Shown piece after piece: positions 29,742 through 40,576 of a stretch of DNA of 64,000 nucleotides. Source of the DNA: an uncultured Acidobacteriaceae bacterium (GTDB lineage Bacteria > Acidobacteriota > Terriglobia > Terriglobales > Acidobacteriaceae); contig CAWJBE010000002.1 in assembly GCA_963841095.1 (NCBI GenBank), forward strand, positions 2,278-66,277, read 5' to 3'. The stretch's first letter is position 1; every line of letters begins with the position of its first letter. The translations under genes were made by a program, and so were the position numbers. Under the pieces are notes generated by a model. That model saw only the letters and a list, made by a program, of their open reading frames with translations, searched no databases and was not told the DNA's origin.

Positions 29742-30833
29742 CTATCCCACTACCGTAGCTCCCTGCGCGGTCTCAATCATGGCAAGAATGTTTTCGAGCG
29801 GCGTGCCCGCCTGAACGTTGTGGCAGGAGCAGCAGATATATCCCGTTCCATCGCCGCCCAAAGTGTCAAGGCAATTGCGAACCTCGCGGCGAACATCCTC
29901 CGCCGTTCCTCGCGGCAGCGCAAACTGATTGTCGACTCCACCGTGAAATGTGACGCGATGACCAAATTCGCGCTTCAGCTCCCCCATATCCATTCCTGGG
30001 CACGCGTGCTGAATCGGATTGAGCACGTCTACGCCGCACTCCAGAATCGGCTCGATCAGGCGGCGCGCTGCTCCGTCAGTGTGATAGAAAACCCGCAAGC
30101 CATGCGCGTGGATCAAATCGCACCATCGCTTGAGCCTTGGCTGCAGATACCGCTTCCACATGGCAGGCGACATCAGGAGCGATCTTTGTCCCGCAATATC
30201 GTCGCTGATGAACACCAGGTCGAGTGCCTTGCCGGCGCGCGCAAAAAAGCGCAGCATCATCTCGGTTTGAATCTGCTCTACGCGATCCAGAATCGCATCA
30301 ACAAGTTCCGGAGCCTGCGCAAGATCCATCAGCGACTGCTCCAGGCCGCGCAACTGGCAATAAATTTCGAAGTGCGAAACCCACGGCCCGATCACGGCAA
30401 AGTGCTGCGCCGCCTCCCGCGCCTTCGCCACTGCGGAGTCGTAATCGAAATACTCCACTCTGGGCCACCACGGATAATCGGCGAGCGATTCCGGTGTGTC
30501 ATACCCGGCTAGTGGTGCTGAATCGAATTCAGCGTAATGAGCATCCCCAGCTTGAATCTGCTTCAGCGGCACGCCCCACATCGTGCGTTCGCCGCCCGTC
30601 TCGGCGCCGGCGCCGCTTTGTGCGCCTGCACGGCCGCCGGCAGCAGTCTTGTAATCCATGAACACCCAGACGATCTTGTCCAGGTTGAGCGCTCGGTACA
30701 TCGCAAGATCATCAGCAACGCCGCAATGTTTCCGCAGAACTTCCCCAACTTCGGGCGTGTACCAGAGATCGATCGGCAACCGGCCAACAGGCTCTCGGTT
30801 CAAGACAGCCAGGATGCGTTCTCGCGGAGTCAT
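29742..30833 (-). CDS. Uroporphyrinogen decarboxylase (MtaA/CmuA)-family protein
   Basis: MTPRERILAVL, LRGLEQ.LMDL, SDDIAGQ, YHTDG, DVLNPIQ, FHGGVDNQ, CSCHNVQ. Confidence 0.88.
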   Translation of the reverse strand: MTPRERILAVLNREPVGRLPIDLWYTPEVGEVLRKHCGVADDLAMYRALNLDKIVWVFMDYKTAAGGRAGAQSGAGAETGGERTMWGVPLKQIQAGDAHYAEFDSAPLAGYDTPESLADYPWWPRVEYFDYDSAVAKAREAAQHFAVIGPWVSHFEIYCQLRGLEQSLMDLAQAPELVDAILDRVEQIQTEMMLRFFARAGKALDLVFISDDIAGQRSLLMSPAMWKRYLQPRLKRWCDLIHAHGLRVFYHTDGAARRLIEPILECGVDVLNPIQHACPGMDMGELKREFGHRVTFHGGVDNQFALPRGTAEDVRREVRNCLDTLGGDGTGYICCSCHNVQAGTPLENILAMIETAQGATVVG

Positions 30834-30921
30834 CGTGCCAGACAATCTGCGCACCGCTTTCTCATTTCAGTGCCCGATCCTGAAGCACCACCCTGCCGCT
30901 GCTCGATCCCGTTGCTTTGGT

Positions 30922-33075
30922 TCACGCTTCCATCACAACAGCAGCGCATCGCGCCGGAATCGTCAGCGCACCATCAGTCGGCGCTGCATCAGGCTGATCC
31001 GGAGTCGCCACAACCAGTCTGCCCGCATTGGGCAACTTCACCTTCGCAGTGATTGATGCCTCTGAGCTCGGGTTGACCACGACCACTGCCCGCTTGCCGC
31101 TTTCTGCCAGGAACACTGAGTACGGAACTCCCGAATCAGCGCTTACGTCCGCTCCAAGCGTATCCCGGAACGCACCCGCCCAAAGAAATTCTTTGTATTT
31201 GCGGCGGAGATCGTCGATCTTCTTCCCGTACGCCATGGTCATCGGAAAATCGTGCAGGTGCCCTTTGTAGAGAAACGGCTCGTATTGGATCACGCATCGC
31301 TTCAGCAAAATCATGTTCAACTGTTCGCGATCGTCAAAGCCGCTCACTCCCGCGATCATCAGAGTATTCCTGGTGTCAAGGAACTGGCAGATCGGCGTCG
31401 CGCTCACGCCCGCTTCCGATACCGGAAAATACTGCATCAGCCAATCCTCCGGCCCTTCCCCGGCGAAGAGGAATTCCGGGCTCACCTTGTCGGCGTCGGC
31501 GCGCAACTGCGCAGACAGCGGCAGGTCACCGCCATAAATGTATCCCGGCGGAACGTATCCGTGCCCCGGCGCAAAGTTGTAAAGCGCGTTCGAGTGATGA
31601 CAAATCTCGTCCCACAACCAGCCCGTAGAGCCTAGCGCCAGAATTTTTTGAAATTCCTTCGCTGCAATCTCGCGATACGTCGGATCCTGAAAATCCATCA
31701 CCGCGCGCCGGCGCGTGTTAATGCCCGCCAATTGCGTCGGTGTCTCATAGTTGTAGCCACCCTGTTCATAGCGGATGCCATAAGGATCCTTGGCTTCGTA
31801 TTTGTACAGTTCGTCCTTGTACCACTGCGAAGTCAAATCGGCCCAGTTCAATTTGCCAAACAAAATGACGTTCACGCCCAGCGACTGCACCTTGGCGATC
31901 GAGTCATGAAACTCCTGCCACGTTCCCAGGTTCGGATCGGTGTCCTGCGAAGGATCGTCGCGATCCTGCCCGCCAATATTCCATCCGATCAGTTGCACCG
32001 CCTTCACTCCGTACTTGGCATACTCCTCTCCGTACTCAACAAACTTCTTGTACGAAATCGTGTAGTCTTCTTCCGGTGTGTTCATCCGCAGCATCGTCCA
32101 GGAGTGAACTTCCTTCGCCCATTCCGGCAACTGCGGAGTCTTGAACCACGTATTGCGCCATTCTTTGTAAACATCGGCGCCGGCATGCCAGTCGCCCTGG
32201 TAACCACGCATCACAATGGGTGCCAGCTTCTTTGTCGAATTGGGCTCGGCAAAAACAAAATGGCAGGTGCGGAACTCCAGATGCACCGGCCATCCCGAAA
32301 TCTCATCGGTCTTCGGAACAACGGCTCCGTGAACCACGCCGGGATGCTGCTCAAATGTGAATTCCAAATAATACGGCAGCGAGGGATCCGACATTTCAAC
32401 ATAGAGACCCTCACTCGGCGCCTGGATCAGGCAAAACATGCTCCGATTGGTTCCGAATGTCTTGATGGGAAAATCAACGCCCCAGTAGCCCTTTTCATTT
32501 CCAAAATTTGGGTGGATCTCGTCATTACCGAGGTTGCCGTACCACATAGTCCTTGCGGCCATCGACGCGTTCGGCAACGGTGGATTGAGATCGCCGAAGT
32601 AGGGATAGTCGATGGTCTCCACCGGCAACGCAGACTTGTTGTCGAGCACGCCGTCGAAAGTCAGCTTGCCGTTCGTCAAGGTCACAGTCCCGGTAAAGGT
32701 GATGGGCAGCACTCCACCGTGCTCGCTGAGCAGGTCCTTCCACACAATCCGCACCTGGTTGTCTCTGATCTTTTCAACGCTCGCTGCCTTTTGCTTTTGT
32801 CCCAGCACAAAGTTGGTCCTGCGTTTCGGCATTGGCGCGAGCATGCGGAACGACGCTCCAAGCGCAGGCCGCCGCTCAACAATCCAATGCGTTGGCTTGT
32901 GCTCCATCCGCGTGAGCGCGCCACTCGCGCGATCGAATGCGACCAGGAAATCGTTATCCTGCAGGACAACCTCTCCCGCCATCTCCGCCGCTTGCGCCGA
33001 GCTCAATTCCACGTCCGCGGTCAATGCGCCCATCGCGGCAAGTCCCGCCAGTTTATTGAATGTTCTCCGATTCAT
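30922..33075 (-). CDS. Tat-exported putative glycoside hydrolase (DUF6259-like)
   Basis: NRRTFNK Tat motif; barrel-like core with GWNIGGQD, WLWDE, FAGEG. Confidence 0.65.
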   Translation of the reverse strand: MNRRTFNKLAGLAAMGALTADVELSSAQAAEMAGEVVLQDNDFLVAFDRASGALTRMEHKPTHWIVERRPALGASFRMLAPMPKRRTNFVLGQKQKAASVEKIRDNQVRIVWKDLLSEHGGVLPITFTGTVTLTNGKLTFDGVLDNKSALPVETIDYPYFGDLNPPLPNASMAARTMWYGNLGNDEIHPNFGNEKGYWGVDFPIKTFGTNRSMFCLIQAPSEGLYVEMSDPSLPYYLEFTFEQHPGVVHGAVVPKTDEISGWPVHLEFRTCHFVFAEPNSTKKLAPIVMRGYQGDWHAGADVYKEWRNTWFKTPQLPEWAKEVHSWTMLRMNTPEEDYTISYKKFVEYGEEYAKYGVKAVQLIGWNIGGQDRDDPSQDTDPNLGTWQEFHDSIAKVQSLGVNVILFGKLNWADLTSQWYKDELYKYEAKDPYGIRYEQGGYNYETPTQLAGINTRRRAVMDFQDPTYREIAAKEFQKILALGSTGWLWDEICHHSNALYNFAPGHGYVPPGYIYGGDLPLSAQLRADADKVSPEFLFAGEGPEDWLMQYFPVSEAGVSATPICQFLDTRNTLMIAGVSGFDDREQLNMILLKRCVIQYEPFLYKGHLHDFPMTMAYGKKIDDLRRKYKEFLWAGAFRDTLGADVSADSGVPYSVFLAESGKRAVVVVNPSSEASITAKVKLPNAGRLVVATPDQPDAAPTDGALTIPARCAAVVMEA

Positions 33076-33165
33076 CGCTCTCTCGATTCTCCTCGTTCGA
33101 TGCGTCCAAACAATTCCTGCACATCGCGGCTGCCGTCGTGGAAGGCTCTGCTCCGAGCCATCAAA

Positions 33166-34779
33166 TTATTTCTTCGCCGCGCGAATTCTCACCACCGCCG
33201 CCGTCGTGCTTTGAACGTTCACCGCAATCGCGCCGGCTTTCACGTGGCCCACTGGCGTCCATTTGCCGCTCCACGGCGCATCATTTGTAATGCCGGCCCC
33301 GCCCAGGGTCCCCCTCATCAGCGCCGCATTTCCCGGCTCGCCATCCGTCAGCACCATCTGATCCACGATCGCCTTGTCGAAACCAGGCGCCTCAATCACA
33401 ACGTGCGCATCCGTCGCATCGTGCGTTGACGAGTGCGTTTTGTTGATGATCGTCACGAACAATTCCTTATCCGTGCCCACCGCGTAAGCCGTCAGGTTGA
33501 TCTTCTTCGCGCCGGCAACCGTCACCGGTTTCATATCGCCGTCGCTGCCCAGCGAGAACGCCTTCATCCCAAGCGCTTTCGCTGTCGCCTGATAGTTTCC
33601 GCAGCCTGAATCGCCGCACGGATTTGGATCGGGCACAATCGTGTCGGTTGGGATCCACGGGTTGTTGTGAAAATTCACACCGGCCATATGGTGCGCGGCC
33701 CACCAATGCATGTAGTCCAGCGCCCACAGCGCCGACGCAAACCCATTGCTTGCCCCCGGAACCCCGTGCAGGCAATCGTTCGCTTCGGTCATGCGATAGG
33801 GCACACCCATCGATACCAGCGGCGCGAGAACTGTGTTGTACACATATGGGTACGGGTGAAACTTTGCTGTCCCGCCGTTGAACGCGGCCTGTGTGCCGAT
33901 CGTCATATCGTCGTCCCATGCGCTCGAAAGCATGTCGTCGATGGCTTCTTGCGCGGTCGTGTCCCCCGGCCCTCCCCATACATAATGATGCTGAAGCACC
34001 TCGGCCAGCATTCCCGTGCCTTCCAGGTCCCGAGCAAACTGGACCGTCCAGGAAACACCGTCCTGCGGATTCGGCGTAAAGCTGCTCGTTGAGGAAACCG
34101 CCGTGTCGGGACCTGAAAACTTCGCGTCCGGCACAGCCTTGCGAATCACCTCCGCAAAGCGCCGCCAGTCGGCGAAGTAAGAAGGATACGCCGATCCCGG
34201 AACCCCAGGTGTCGTCTCATAGATCGCCGGGTCCAGCGTTGCGCCCGGGCGGGAGTGGTATTGGCTCACGTCGGGCTCATTGCCGATGGAAAAGCTGTCC
34301 AGGTTCGCCCGGTACTTGCTCCATATATATTGAACAATCTTGGCATCGTCCTCGGCGAGATTTGGATTTGCGCAGGAGCCCAGGTTCTCCAGCCGAACAG
34401 AATAAATCACCTTGATGTCGGCGGCACGCGCGAATTCGAATAGATTGTCGATATCTTTGAACGTCGGCGTTGGCGTAACGCAGTGTTCGCTGCGCCCGGA
34501 GCCATCAACCGTGCCGCCGCCCACTCGAATTTCCTTGATCCCGATATTGCGAAACAGCGTGATGAGCTGCGTATTCTCCGGGGAGAAGAAATTGCCCCGC
34601 ACTCCGTAGGCATTCGCCACTGCACTCTTGGTTTCAAAGCCCAGCCCAACATAATCGGCCGGAATCGCATACCCGCGTGCCGAAGTATCGACGGCTACCT
34701 TCACGGGAACTTGCGCGAGTGCGCCCCCCATCAAAGAAAAACAAAAAACAATCGCACCTACTGCCCTTGGGAACACCAT
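33166..34779 (-). CDS. GH79-like beta-glucuronidase
   Basis: Signal peptide; IRVGG, SIGNEPD (acid/base), RMTEAN (nucleophile), GASN.FASALWALDY, GVNFH. Confidence 0.8.
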   Translation of the reverse strand: MVFPRAVGAIVFCFSLMGGALAQVPVKVAVDTSARGYAIPADYVGLGFETKSAVANAYGVRGNFFSPENTQLITLFRNIGIKEIRVGGGTVDGSGRSEHCVTPTPTFKDIDNLFEFARAADIKVIYSVRLENLGSCANPNLAEDDAKIVQYIWSKYRANLDSFSIGNEPDVSQYHSRPGATLDPAIYETTPGVPGSAYPSYFADWRRFAEVIRKAVPDAKFSGPDTAVSSTSSFTPNPQDGVSWTVQFARDLEGTGMLAEVLQHHYVWGGPGDTTAQEAIDDMLSSAWDDDMTIGTQAAFNGGTAKFHPYPYVYNTVLAPLVSMGVPYRMTEANDCLHGVPGASNGFASALWALDYMHWWAAHHMAGVNFHNNPWIPTDTIVPDPNPCGDSGCGNYQATAKALGMKAFSLGSDGDMKPVTVAGAKKINLTAYAVGTDKELFVTIINKTHSSTHDATDAHVVIEAPGFDKAIVDQMVLTDGEPGNAALMRGTLGGAGITNDAPWSGKWTPVGHVKAGAIAVNVQSTTAAVVRIRAAKK

Positions 34780-34903
34780 TGCCGCCTTTCAATACTTGCC
34801 ATCTCCAATTTACGCCCGCGCCGCGGTCGACCGCTTCCTTGCGATTTTGCTGAAATGGCGCTTCAATCGATCGCCGTAAACTCTCGCTTGTTAATTGCCA
34901 CGC

Positions 34904-35584
34904 TTATTCGCGTGGATTCAGCACCCATTTAGGCACAAAACCACTTGTTGCAGCTTGCTCCGCGATTACCCTGCGAGCCTCCTCCACATGCCGGCGCGCA
35001 AGCTTCTCGGCCTTATCCGGCAAGTTCTTCTGGATGGCCTCCACGATCTGCAGGTGCTCTTCGTGAACAGTGCGCGGATCGCGTGAAGCTCGTACAGCCA
35101 TGCCGAGCACGCGATAGCCCTCGGCCAGACGGATCAAAATCTCGTTGCCCGACAAACTCACAATTCGGAGATGAAATGCCCGATCCGCGGCGCCCATCTC
35201 TTCAACCTTGTCTTGGTTTGAAAGCTCCAGGATCTCGTTCGCAATGCTCTTGAGCTCGTTCACATCGGCCTGTGATGCGTGGCCGCAGGCGCGGCGCGCG
35301 GCCAGCCCCTCAAGAAACTCCCGCACCTCGTATGCTTCGCAAAGACGCGCGGCGTCGATATTGCCTACAAACACGCCCAGGCGATCTACCGTGTCGACCA
35401 GGCCCAGAAATTGCAGCTCAACCAGAGCTTCTCGTACGCTTCCCTGCCCCACTCCCAGCTCTTTGGCCAAACTCTGCTGCGCCACGCGTTCGCCCGGCCG
35501 GCTCTCGCCAGATAAGATTCGGCGCTGAATCTCTTCTCGAACGTAGCGCCTAACAGTGGGCGACTGAATCCCTGGCTGTCGCAT
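34904..35584 (-). CDS. GntR/FCD-family regulator
   Basis: wHTH (QQSLAKELGV..GSVREAL) plus FCD (VREFLEG, DRAFH, EEH); start taken at MRQPG. Confidence 0.9.
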   Translation of the reverse strand: MRQPGIQSPTVRRYVREEIQRRILSGESRPGERVAQQSLAKELGVGQGSVREALVELQFLGLVDTVDRLGVFVGNIDAARLCEAYEVREFLEGLAARRACGHASQADVNELKSIANEILELSNQDKVEEMGAADRAFHLRIVSLSGNEILIRLAEGYRVLGMAVRASRDPRTVHEEHLQIVEAIQKNLPDKAEKLARRHVEEARRVIAEQAATSGFVPKWVLNPRE

Positions 35585-35785
35585 AGGCGTGCGCTCACCC
35601 ACCTTGTCTCTCCCATCGAATCTCTGAGTCTGAATGCGGTAGCGGCGCTGGCCCGCGCGCCATGAAACGATCGGAGTCTCTAAACTTTGAAGCCGCTTTA
35701 GGATTCCGCAGCGGTGAAGACCGTCTCCGATCTTCACCGCTGCGTCTGTGTTCAATTCGAGCTTCAGCACCTGCCGTGAGAGTTC

Positions 35786-38700
35786 TTAGAAGAAGAACTT
35801 CCCGGCAAACTGGAGGATGCGCCCCGAACCGTTATTCGACGTATCCCCGGTGATGGTGCCGAAGCCGCCAGTAAGCGTCTCGGCGGGTTTGGTGTAGCTG
35901 CTCGTTCCCGGATTGTTGAGGTGCACATGGTTGAAGGCGTTTGTCGCCGTCGCTTCAATCTCAAGCTTCGTAGCCTCGGTAACCTTGAACTCCTTGTGCA
36001 GCGCAAGGTCCACGTCGTACCAGCCGGGGCCGTAAATCTGGTTTCCTCTCACGCCCCACGGTGTGAAGTCCTGCTGGCCAACCGATGCCACACCAACCGC
36101 AGGCGCGGTAAATGCCGCCGAGTTCCAGTAGCCGTTGACCTTGCTGCGTGGGAGGTCCGCCGGACCCGCTTTGTACGGATTTACGCCCGAAACAAGGGGC
36201 GCATTGCAGGACCACGCCGTACCGCTGGTTTGGAACCATGGACCGGTGAAACCGGCATTGGTTGCGTTTCCTCCGATGGTGCCCTGGCAGCTGATGTTGG
36301 ACAGGACGCCGCTGGAGGAAATCCAGATGGGATCGAGCTTCCAGCCACCGATAATGGCATCCTCCAAAGCATTGGCATTGCCCCCTACAAGTGTCCCTTT
36401 GCCAAACGGCAAGCTATATTCGCCCGATAGTTTGAAGACGTGCGCTGCGAGGTTGCTGCACCGGTCGTAGTCTGCACGGTATCCGCCGAAACCTACAATC
36501 CAGGGTGCGCGGCCGTTGCCCGGCCCGCCTTCGTTCTGCTGGCCGGCTTGCGAGTCTGCCCAGCAACGGGCAAACACGTAGTTAGCGTCCATGTTGAAGC
36601 CGCCGGCGAACTGGTGTTGATACTCCACCTCGCCCGACTCGTAGTTGCTCACCTGTTCCGTGTTCTCCATCGGTCCCTCATTTGCCGCCAGGTTCGGGAA
36701 CGGGATGGTTGTCGTGCCGTCCGGCATGAACGGAGAGTTTTCACAATAGGGATTGGCGGCAAGTTGCGTTGCAGTGCATGGCGTGACAATGGCTGTGCTT
36801 GTTGGCAGCGCTTGTCTTGGAGAGTTGTGATATGGGTTGGCGCTTTCCAGTTGCCTGCCCAGGTTGCCCACATACCGAGCCTCGATCGAGTCGTGGTTGG
36901 TGAACTGCCATTGCACCGCGGTGTCGAGTGTTTCCGTATACGGTATATGGAAGTTATACGGCTTGCCGTAAAGAACCACTGAGCCAAGCGGCTGGTATGC
37001 GTTCAGCGCGCTGGTCATGTCGACGATACCAAAGGTGTTTTCCATCGTCGCCGTCGTCGCACCGGTCGTGCTGTTGCTCACCAGTTGCGGCCTGTAGGAG
37101 TATTGTGGCCCTTGCTGAACCGAGACGCGGAAGGGATAGTTAGTGCCCAGCGTGCCACCGTACCCGACCGAGTCGAACGCTCCATATTGAACGCCGGCAC
37201 CCGCGCGTACCACAATCCTGGGCGTGACGCGATAAGCAAAGCTGAGCCGCGGCGCCCAGTTGAATTGAGGTGTCTTGTTCACTGCGTTGTTTGATTGGCA
37301 GATGATCGGGATGTTGTCATAGGCCAACAGCGACTTAAAGGAAGCGGACATCGTAGTGGCGCACCCGGCATGGTTAATGTAATAAGCGCTGCCGCTCGCC
37401 TGGTTGCCGTCGCCGCCCATCCAGAAGTTGCCCTCGCCTTCCGTGCCTCCGGCTGAGTAGTACGGGCCAAAATAGTCGTCCCGGATTCCCAGCGTCACTG
37501 TCAGTGCGGGCGTTACTTTCCAGGAGTCCACAGCATAGATGGCAATGTACGGTGCGTGATAGACAGACTTGTTCCAGTTGTCGCCGTTATAGCCGTTCAC
37601 GCCGCCTAGCGGAGCGGCCGCGGTGCTCACGCCGCCTGCAGCCAGGTAGGTGCTGTTTCCGGCAGTAGGCGTCAATAGAAAGTCTGCCATGCTCGGACCG
37701 CCATCGCCCGAGGCCGGCACGTTCGAGTACTGGCCCCAGCTGAAATTGCCTCTCGAATACGGCAGTTGCGCAATGTTGCCGTATGTCCACCAATACTCGG
37801 CCCCGAACTTCCATTCATGCTTCCCGGAAATCTTGGTCAGGTTGTCGGAGAACTGCCAGGCGCCAACCTTCTGCCAGGTGACATTGACGCGGGAGCCGAA
37901 AGCGGAAATGCTGCTGCCGATGCCAAAGACTGGCAAGCCGCCGTTATTCTTGGTTTGCGGAATGCCTTGAATCCCATATTGCGCGGGAATCCCGAAGGTA
38001 TTGTCGATGTTGCCGGCGTCCATGCGCGTATTCCAGTTGTGCTCGTCCGACATTCTGTATTCGTTGATCAGGTTGGGATTGAAGACGTGAGTCTCGGTCA
38101 CAACCACCATGTAGGTCGGGTTGGTCGACCAGAACGGGGCGCTGCCGCCGCCCTCGAGAGGGCCGGCGAATGGAGGGGCTTGCTGGTTAATGTTGTTGTA
38201 TTTGCTCCACGTTCCGAACATGGAATCCTTGTCGCTGAACGTGTGGTCAATTCGCACATCGTATTGCTTGGTGTTGATGGGCTGAGCCAAAAGCTCGTAG
38301 AAGTTGCTGCCGTAACTGTGCGTTCCAGCGGTATTCAATCCAGTGTTCGGATCGATTCCGACGTTGTTGTACGGATACGGCTTGAAGAGTTGAAGCAGCT
38401 TCACGGCATTTGGATCGAGACGTCCGGCCGGAAGCTTGTTGAAACACGCGGCAGGAACCGGTCCGCCATTGTAACTCGTATTCCAATTCGTAGTTCCCGC
38501 CAGGCTCGGGCACCCCGCGGGCTGTCCCAGTTCCTGGAAGTATGGATCGCGAACAATCGCGCTCTTCGCACCGCTGTTGATCAGAGAGTCTGTAATCACT
38601 CCGACTGTACCGGATGCGCAGCTCGCCAAAAGTCCGGTAATGGGATCGTATGATCCGCAGGGAATCGCGCGTGTCGTGGCCGGGTCCAGCATCGTGCCCT

Positions 38701-39832
38701 GCTGAAACGTGCGGCCAAGCCCGTCGATCTTCGTTGTGTTGCTTAAGGTAAGCGTGTCCACCAGGTTCGTAAAATTGCTGCTCTGCATGGTGGCCGTCGG
38801 CAACGTCCCGGTATAACTCGGCGAGGCAGTGTAATAGGTGTACTGGAAGTCTGCTGTAAAGAAAGTCTTGTTGTGGCCGTTATATCCCGGCAGGATCACC
38901 GGCCCGCCGAAGATGCCTCCAAACGAGTTCTCCTTGAACCGTCCCGGCCGGTTCGGCAACGGTGTCGGGGTGTGCAGCAGTTCGTTCCGCTTGTTGAAGT
39001 AGTCGTTGGCGTTGAACATATCGTTCTCGTTGTATTCCCACACTTCGCCCTGGAACTTGTTCGTACCCTGCTTGGTGACAACGTTCACCACCGCGCCGTA
39101 AGAATGCCCGAGTTCCGTGGGGTCGTTGCCAGTCTGCAGCTTCATCTCCTGGATGGTGTCGGGAATCGGCGGAATAGTGATGCCGCCGAAAACCTCGGCG
39201 TTATCGTCCGCGCCGTTCACACGCACGTCGACTGCGCCGCTCTGCGTCCCGTGAACAAGAAAGGTTCCCGTGCTCGAGTTGCTGCCCGTAAACTGGACAC
39301 CGGCCGCAGTGGTGATCAGGGTCATAAAGCTCCGGCCGCCGCTGCCGCCAAAGATCGGCAGTTGCGTCGCCGCCGTGCTGTCGATCGTCGTGCCCAGTGA
39401 AGCGTCCTGCGCCTGCAGAAGTGGCGCCGCTGAGGTCACCGTCACCGAGACACTCGCCGAGCCTACCTGCAACAGAACATCTTGCGTCACAGTGTTCCCC
39501 AGGTGCACAACGATGCCGCTCACGTCATAATCCTTGAATCCGGACGCCACGACTTTCATGGAATAGGTTCCTACCGCAACGATAGGAAAGGAGTAGTCGC
39601 CGCTCGATGTGGATACGGCTATCTGGGTGACACCCGTATTCATATTGGTGAGCGTGCACTTTGCCTTCGGCACCAGGGCGCCGGTTGGGTCCTTCACCGT
39701 ACCGGTAATGCTGCCCATGTCGATTCCTGCCTGGGCGAACACCTGGCCGCAGAATATGAGCATGACTGCTGCGCAGATCGCTGTCACCAGGGTTCCCAAT
39801 TTCGGAAATGCCGATTCCTTGTGGTTCATCAC
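35786..39832 (-). CDS. TonB-dependent receptor (Oar-like, N-terminal carboxypeptidase-regulatory-like domain)
   Basis: 1348 aa; GSITGTVKDPTGA, VTVTSAAPLLQ, YDVRIDH, WAPRLSFAY, C-terminal RILQFAGKFFF. Confidence 0.93.
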   Translation of the reverse strand: MMNHKESAFPKLGTLVTAICAAVMLIFCGQVFAQAGIDMGSITGTVKDPTGALVPKAKCTLTNMNTGVTQIAVSTSSGDYSFPIVAVGTYSMKVVASGFKDYDVSGIVVHLGNTVTQDVLLQVGSASVSVTVTSAAPLLQAQDASLGTTIDSTAATQLPIFGGSGGRSFMTLITTAAGVQFTGSNSSTGTFLVHGTQSGAVDVRVNGADDNAEVFGGITIPPIPDTIQEMKLQTGNDPTELGHSYGAVVNVVTKQGTNKFQGEVWEYNENDMFNANDYFNKRNELLHTPTPLPNRPGRFKENSFGGIFGGPVILPGYNGHNKTFFTADFQYTYYTASPSYTGTLPTATMQSSNFTNLVDTLTLSNTTKIDGLGRTFQQGTMLDPATTRAIPCGSYDPITGLLASCASGTVGVITDSLINSGAKSAIVRDPYFQELGQPAGCPSLAGTTNWNTSYNGGPVPAACFNKLPAGRLDPNAVKLLQLFKPYPYNNVGIDPNTGLNTAGTHSYGSNFYELLAQPINTKQYDVRIDHTFSDKDSMFGTWSKYNNINQQAPPFAGPLEGGGSAPFWSTNPTYMVVVTETHVFNPNLINEYRMSDEHNWNTRMDAGNIDNTFGIPAQYGIQGIPQTKNNGGLPVFGIGSSISAFGSRVNVTWQKVGAWQFSDNLTKISGKHEWKFGAEYWWTYGNIAQLPYSRGNFSWGQYSNVPASGDGGPSMADFLLTPTAGNSTYLAAGGVSTAAAPLGGVNGYNGDNWNKSVYHAPYIAIYAVDSWKVTPALTVTLGIRDDYFGPYYSAGGTEGEGNFWMGGDGNQASGSAYYINHAGCATTMSASFKSLLAYDNIPIICQSNNAVNKTPQFNWAPRLSFAYRVTPRIVVRAGAGVQYGAFDSVGYGGTLGTNYPFRVSVQQGPQYSYRPQLVSNSTTGATTATMENTFGIVDMTSALNAYQPLGSVVLYGKPYNFHIPYTETLDTAVQWQFTNHDSIEARYVGNLGRQLESANPYHNSPRQALPTSTAIVTPCTATQLAANPYCENSPFMPDGTTTIPFPNLAANEGPMENTEQVSNYESGEVEYQHQFAGGFNMDANYVFARCWADSQAGQQNEGGPGNGRAPWIVGFGGYRADYDRCSNLAAHVFKLSGEYSLPFGKGTLVGGNANALEDAIIGGWKLDPIWISSSGVLSNISCQGTIGGNATNAGFTGPWFQTSGTAWSCNAPLVSGVNPYKAGPADLPRSKVNGYWNSAAFTAPAVGVASVGQQDFTPWGVRGNQIYGPGWYDVDLALHKEFKVTEATKLEIEATATNAFNHVHLNNPGTSSYTKPAETLTGGFGTITGDTSNNGSGRILQFAGKFFF

Positions 39833-40576
39833 GTATGCCTCCTAAAAGCACCATTTCAATGGTTCGGTCTCAGTTGTGAAGCTCCCATGTGAAGGTGAAA
39901 CTGTGGAAGTCGCTGACGATTGGCAACTTGGGCTGAAGTGCGACGCTCTCCTTGAATGCCTCACAGCGCAAACAGTTCGGCCCAGCCATAGCGCTGTGCT
40001 CGTTCTACTCGCTACTCCTGGTCCAGACAAAACCAATACAAATCTCCTGTGCATTGTCCGCCGACAAGACTCGTCCCTGCGACCAGTGTTTGTGAAGTGA
40101 ACTAACGGTAAATTAAAAGATTGCAGTCGCTCAATCGGCAATTCCGCCCGCTCAGCGAATTCCAGAGACCGCTCTCCAGAGTCAAAACTCCATTCCAAAA
40201 AGTGTAGTAATCGCCTCTGCTTTCTATAGTTAACGGTATGCCAGACCTTCGGCAGCGTTGGAGCGGTCTTCACCACTGATGATCGATATCGCCCAGTTCG
40301 AGGTACTGGTTGCTGACAGGATGGCTCGTAACCCTCATTTCAAACGAGAATCCGCTCAAATCGGTCTTTCCCCGGGTGCCCGTCAGCGCGGCCAAAGACT
40401 GGCCTCGCTGAGCGACTCGTCAAAGGCGAACCCGGCTCCAGGAAGCGTGGAAGAGTACCATAGTACTCGTAAAGACATATTCCATTCGAAGATTCCGCTC
40501 TCGGCAGACACGCTGCCGGCAATCCCGCATCAATAGGCTTTGCAAGCGTTAAGACTTTACCGTAAAATGGCTCTCC

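Noticed and set aside
31648-33429. 593-aa plus-strand ORF
   Set aside because: Antisense shadow of the Tat hydrolase gene with no recognisable motifs. The same applies to most other overlapping ORFs in the track (e.g. 12498-13421, 41114-42064, 59879-60760).
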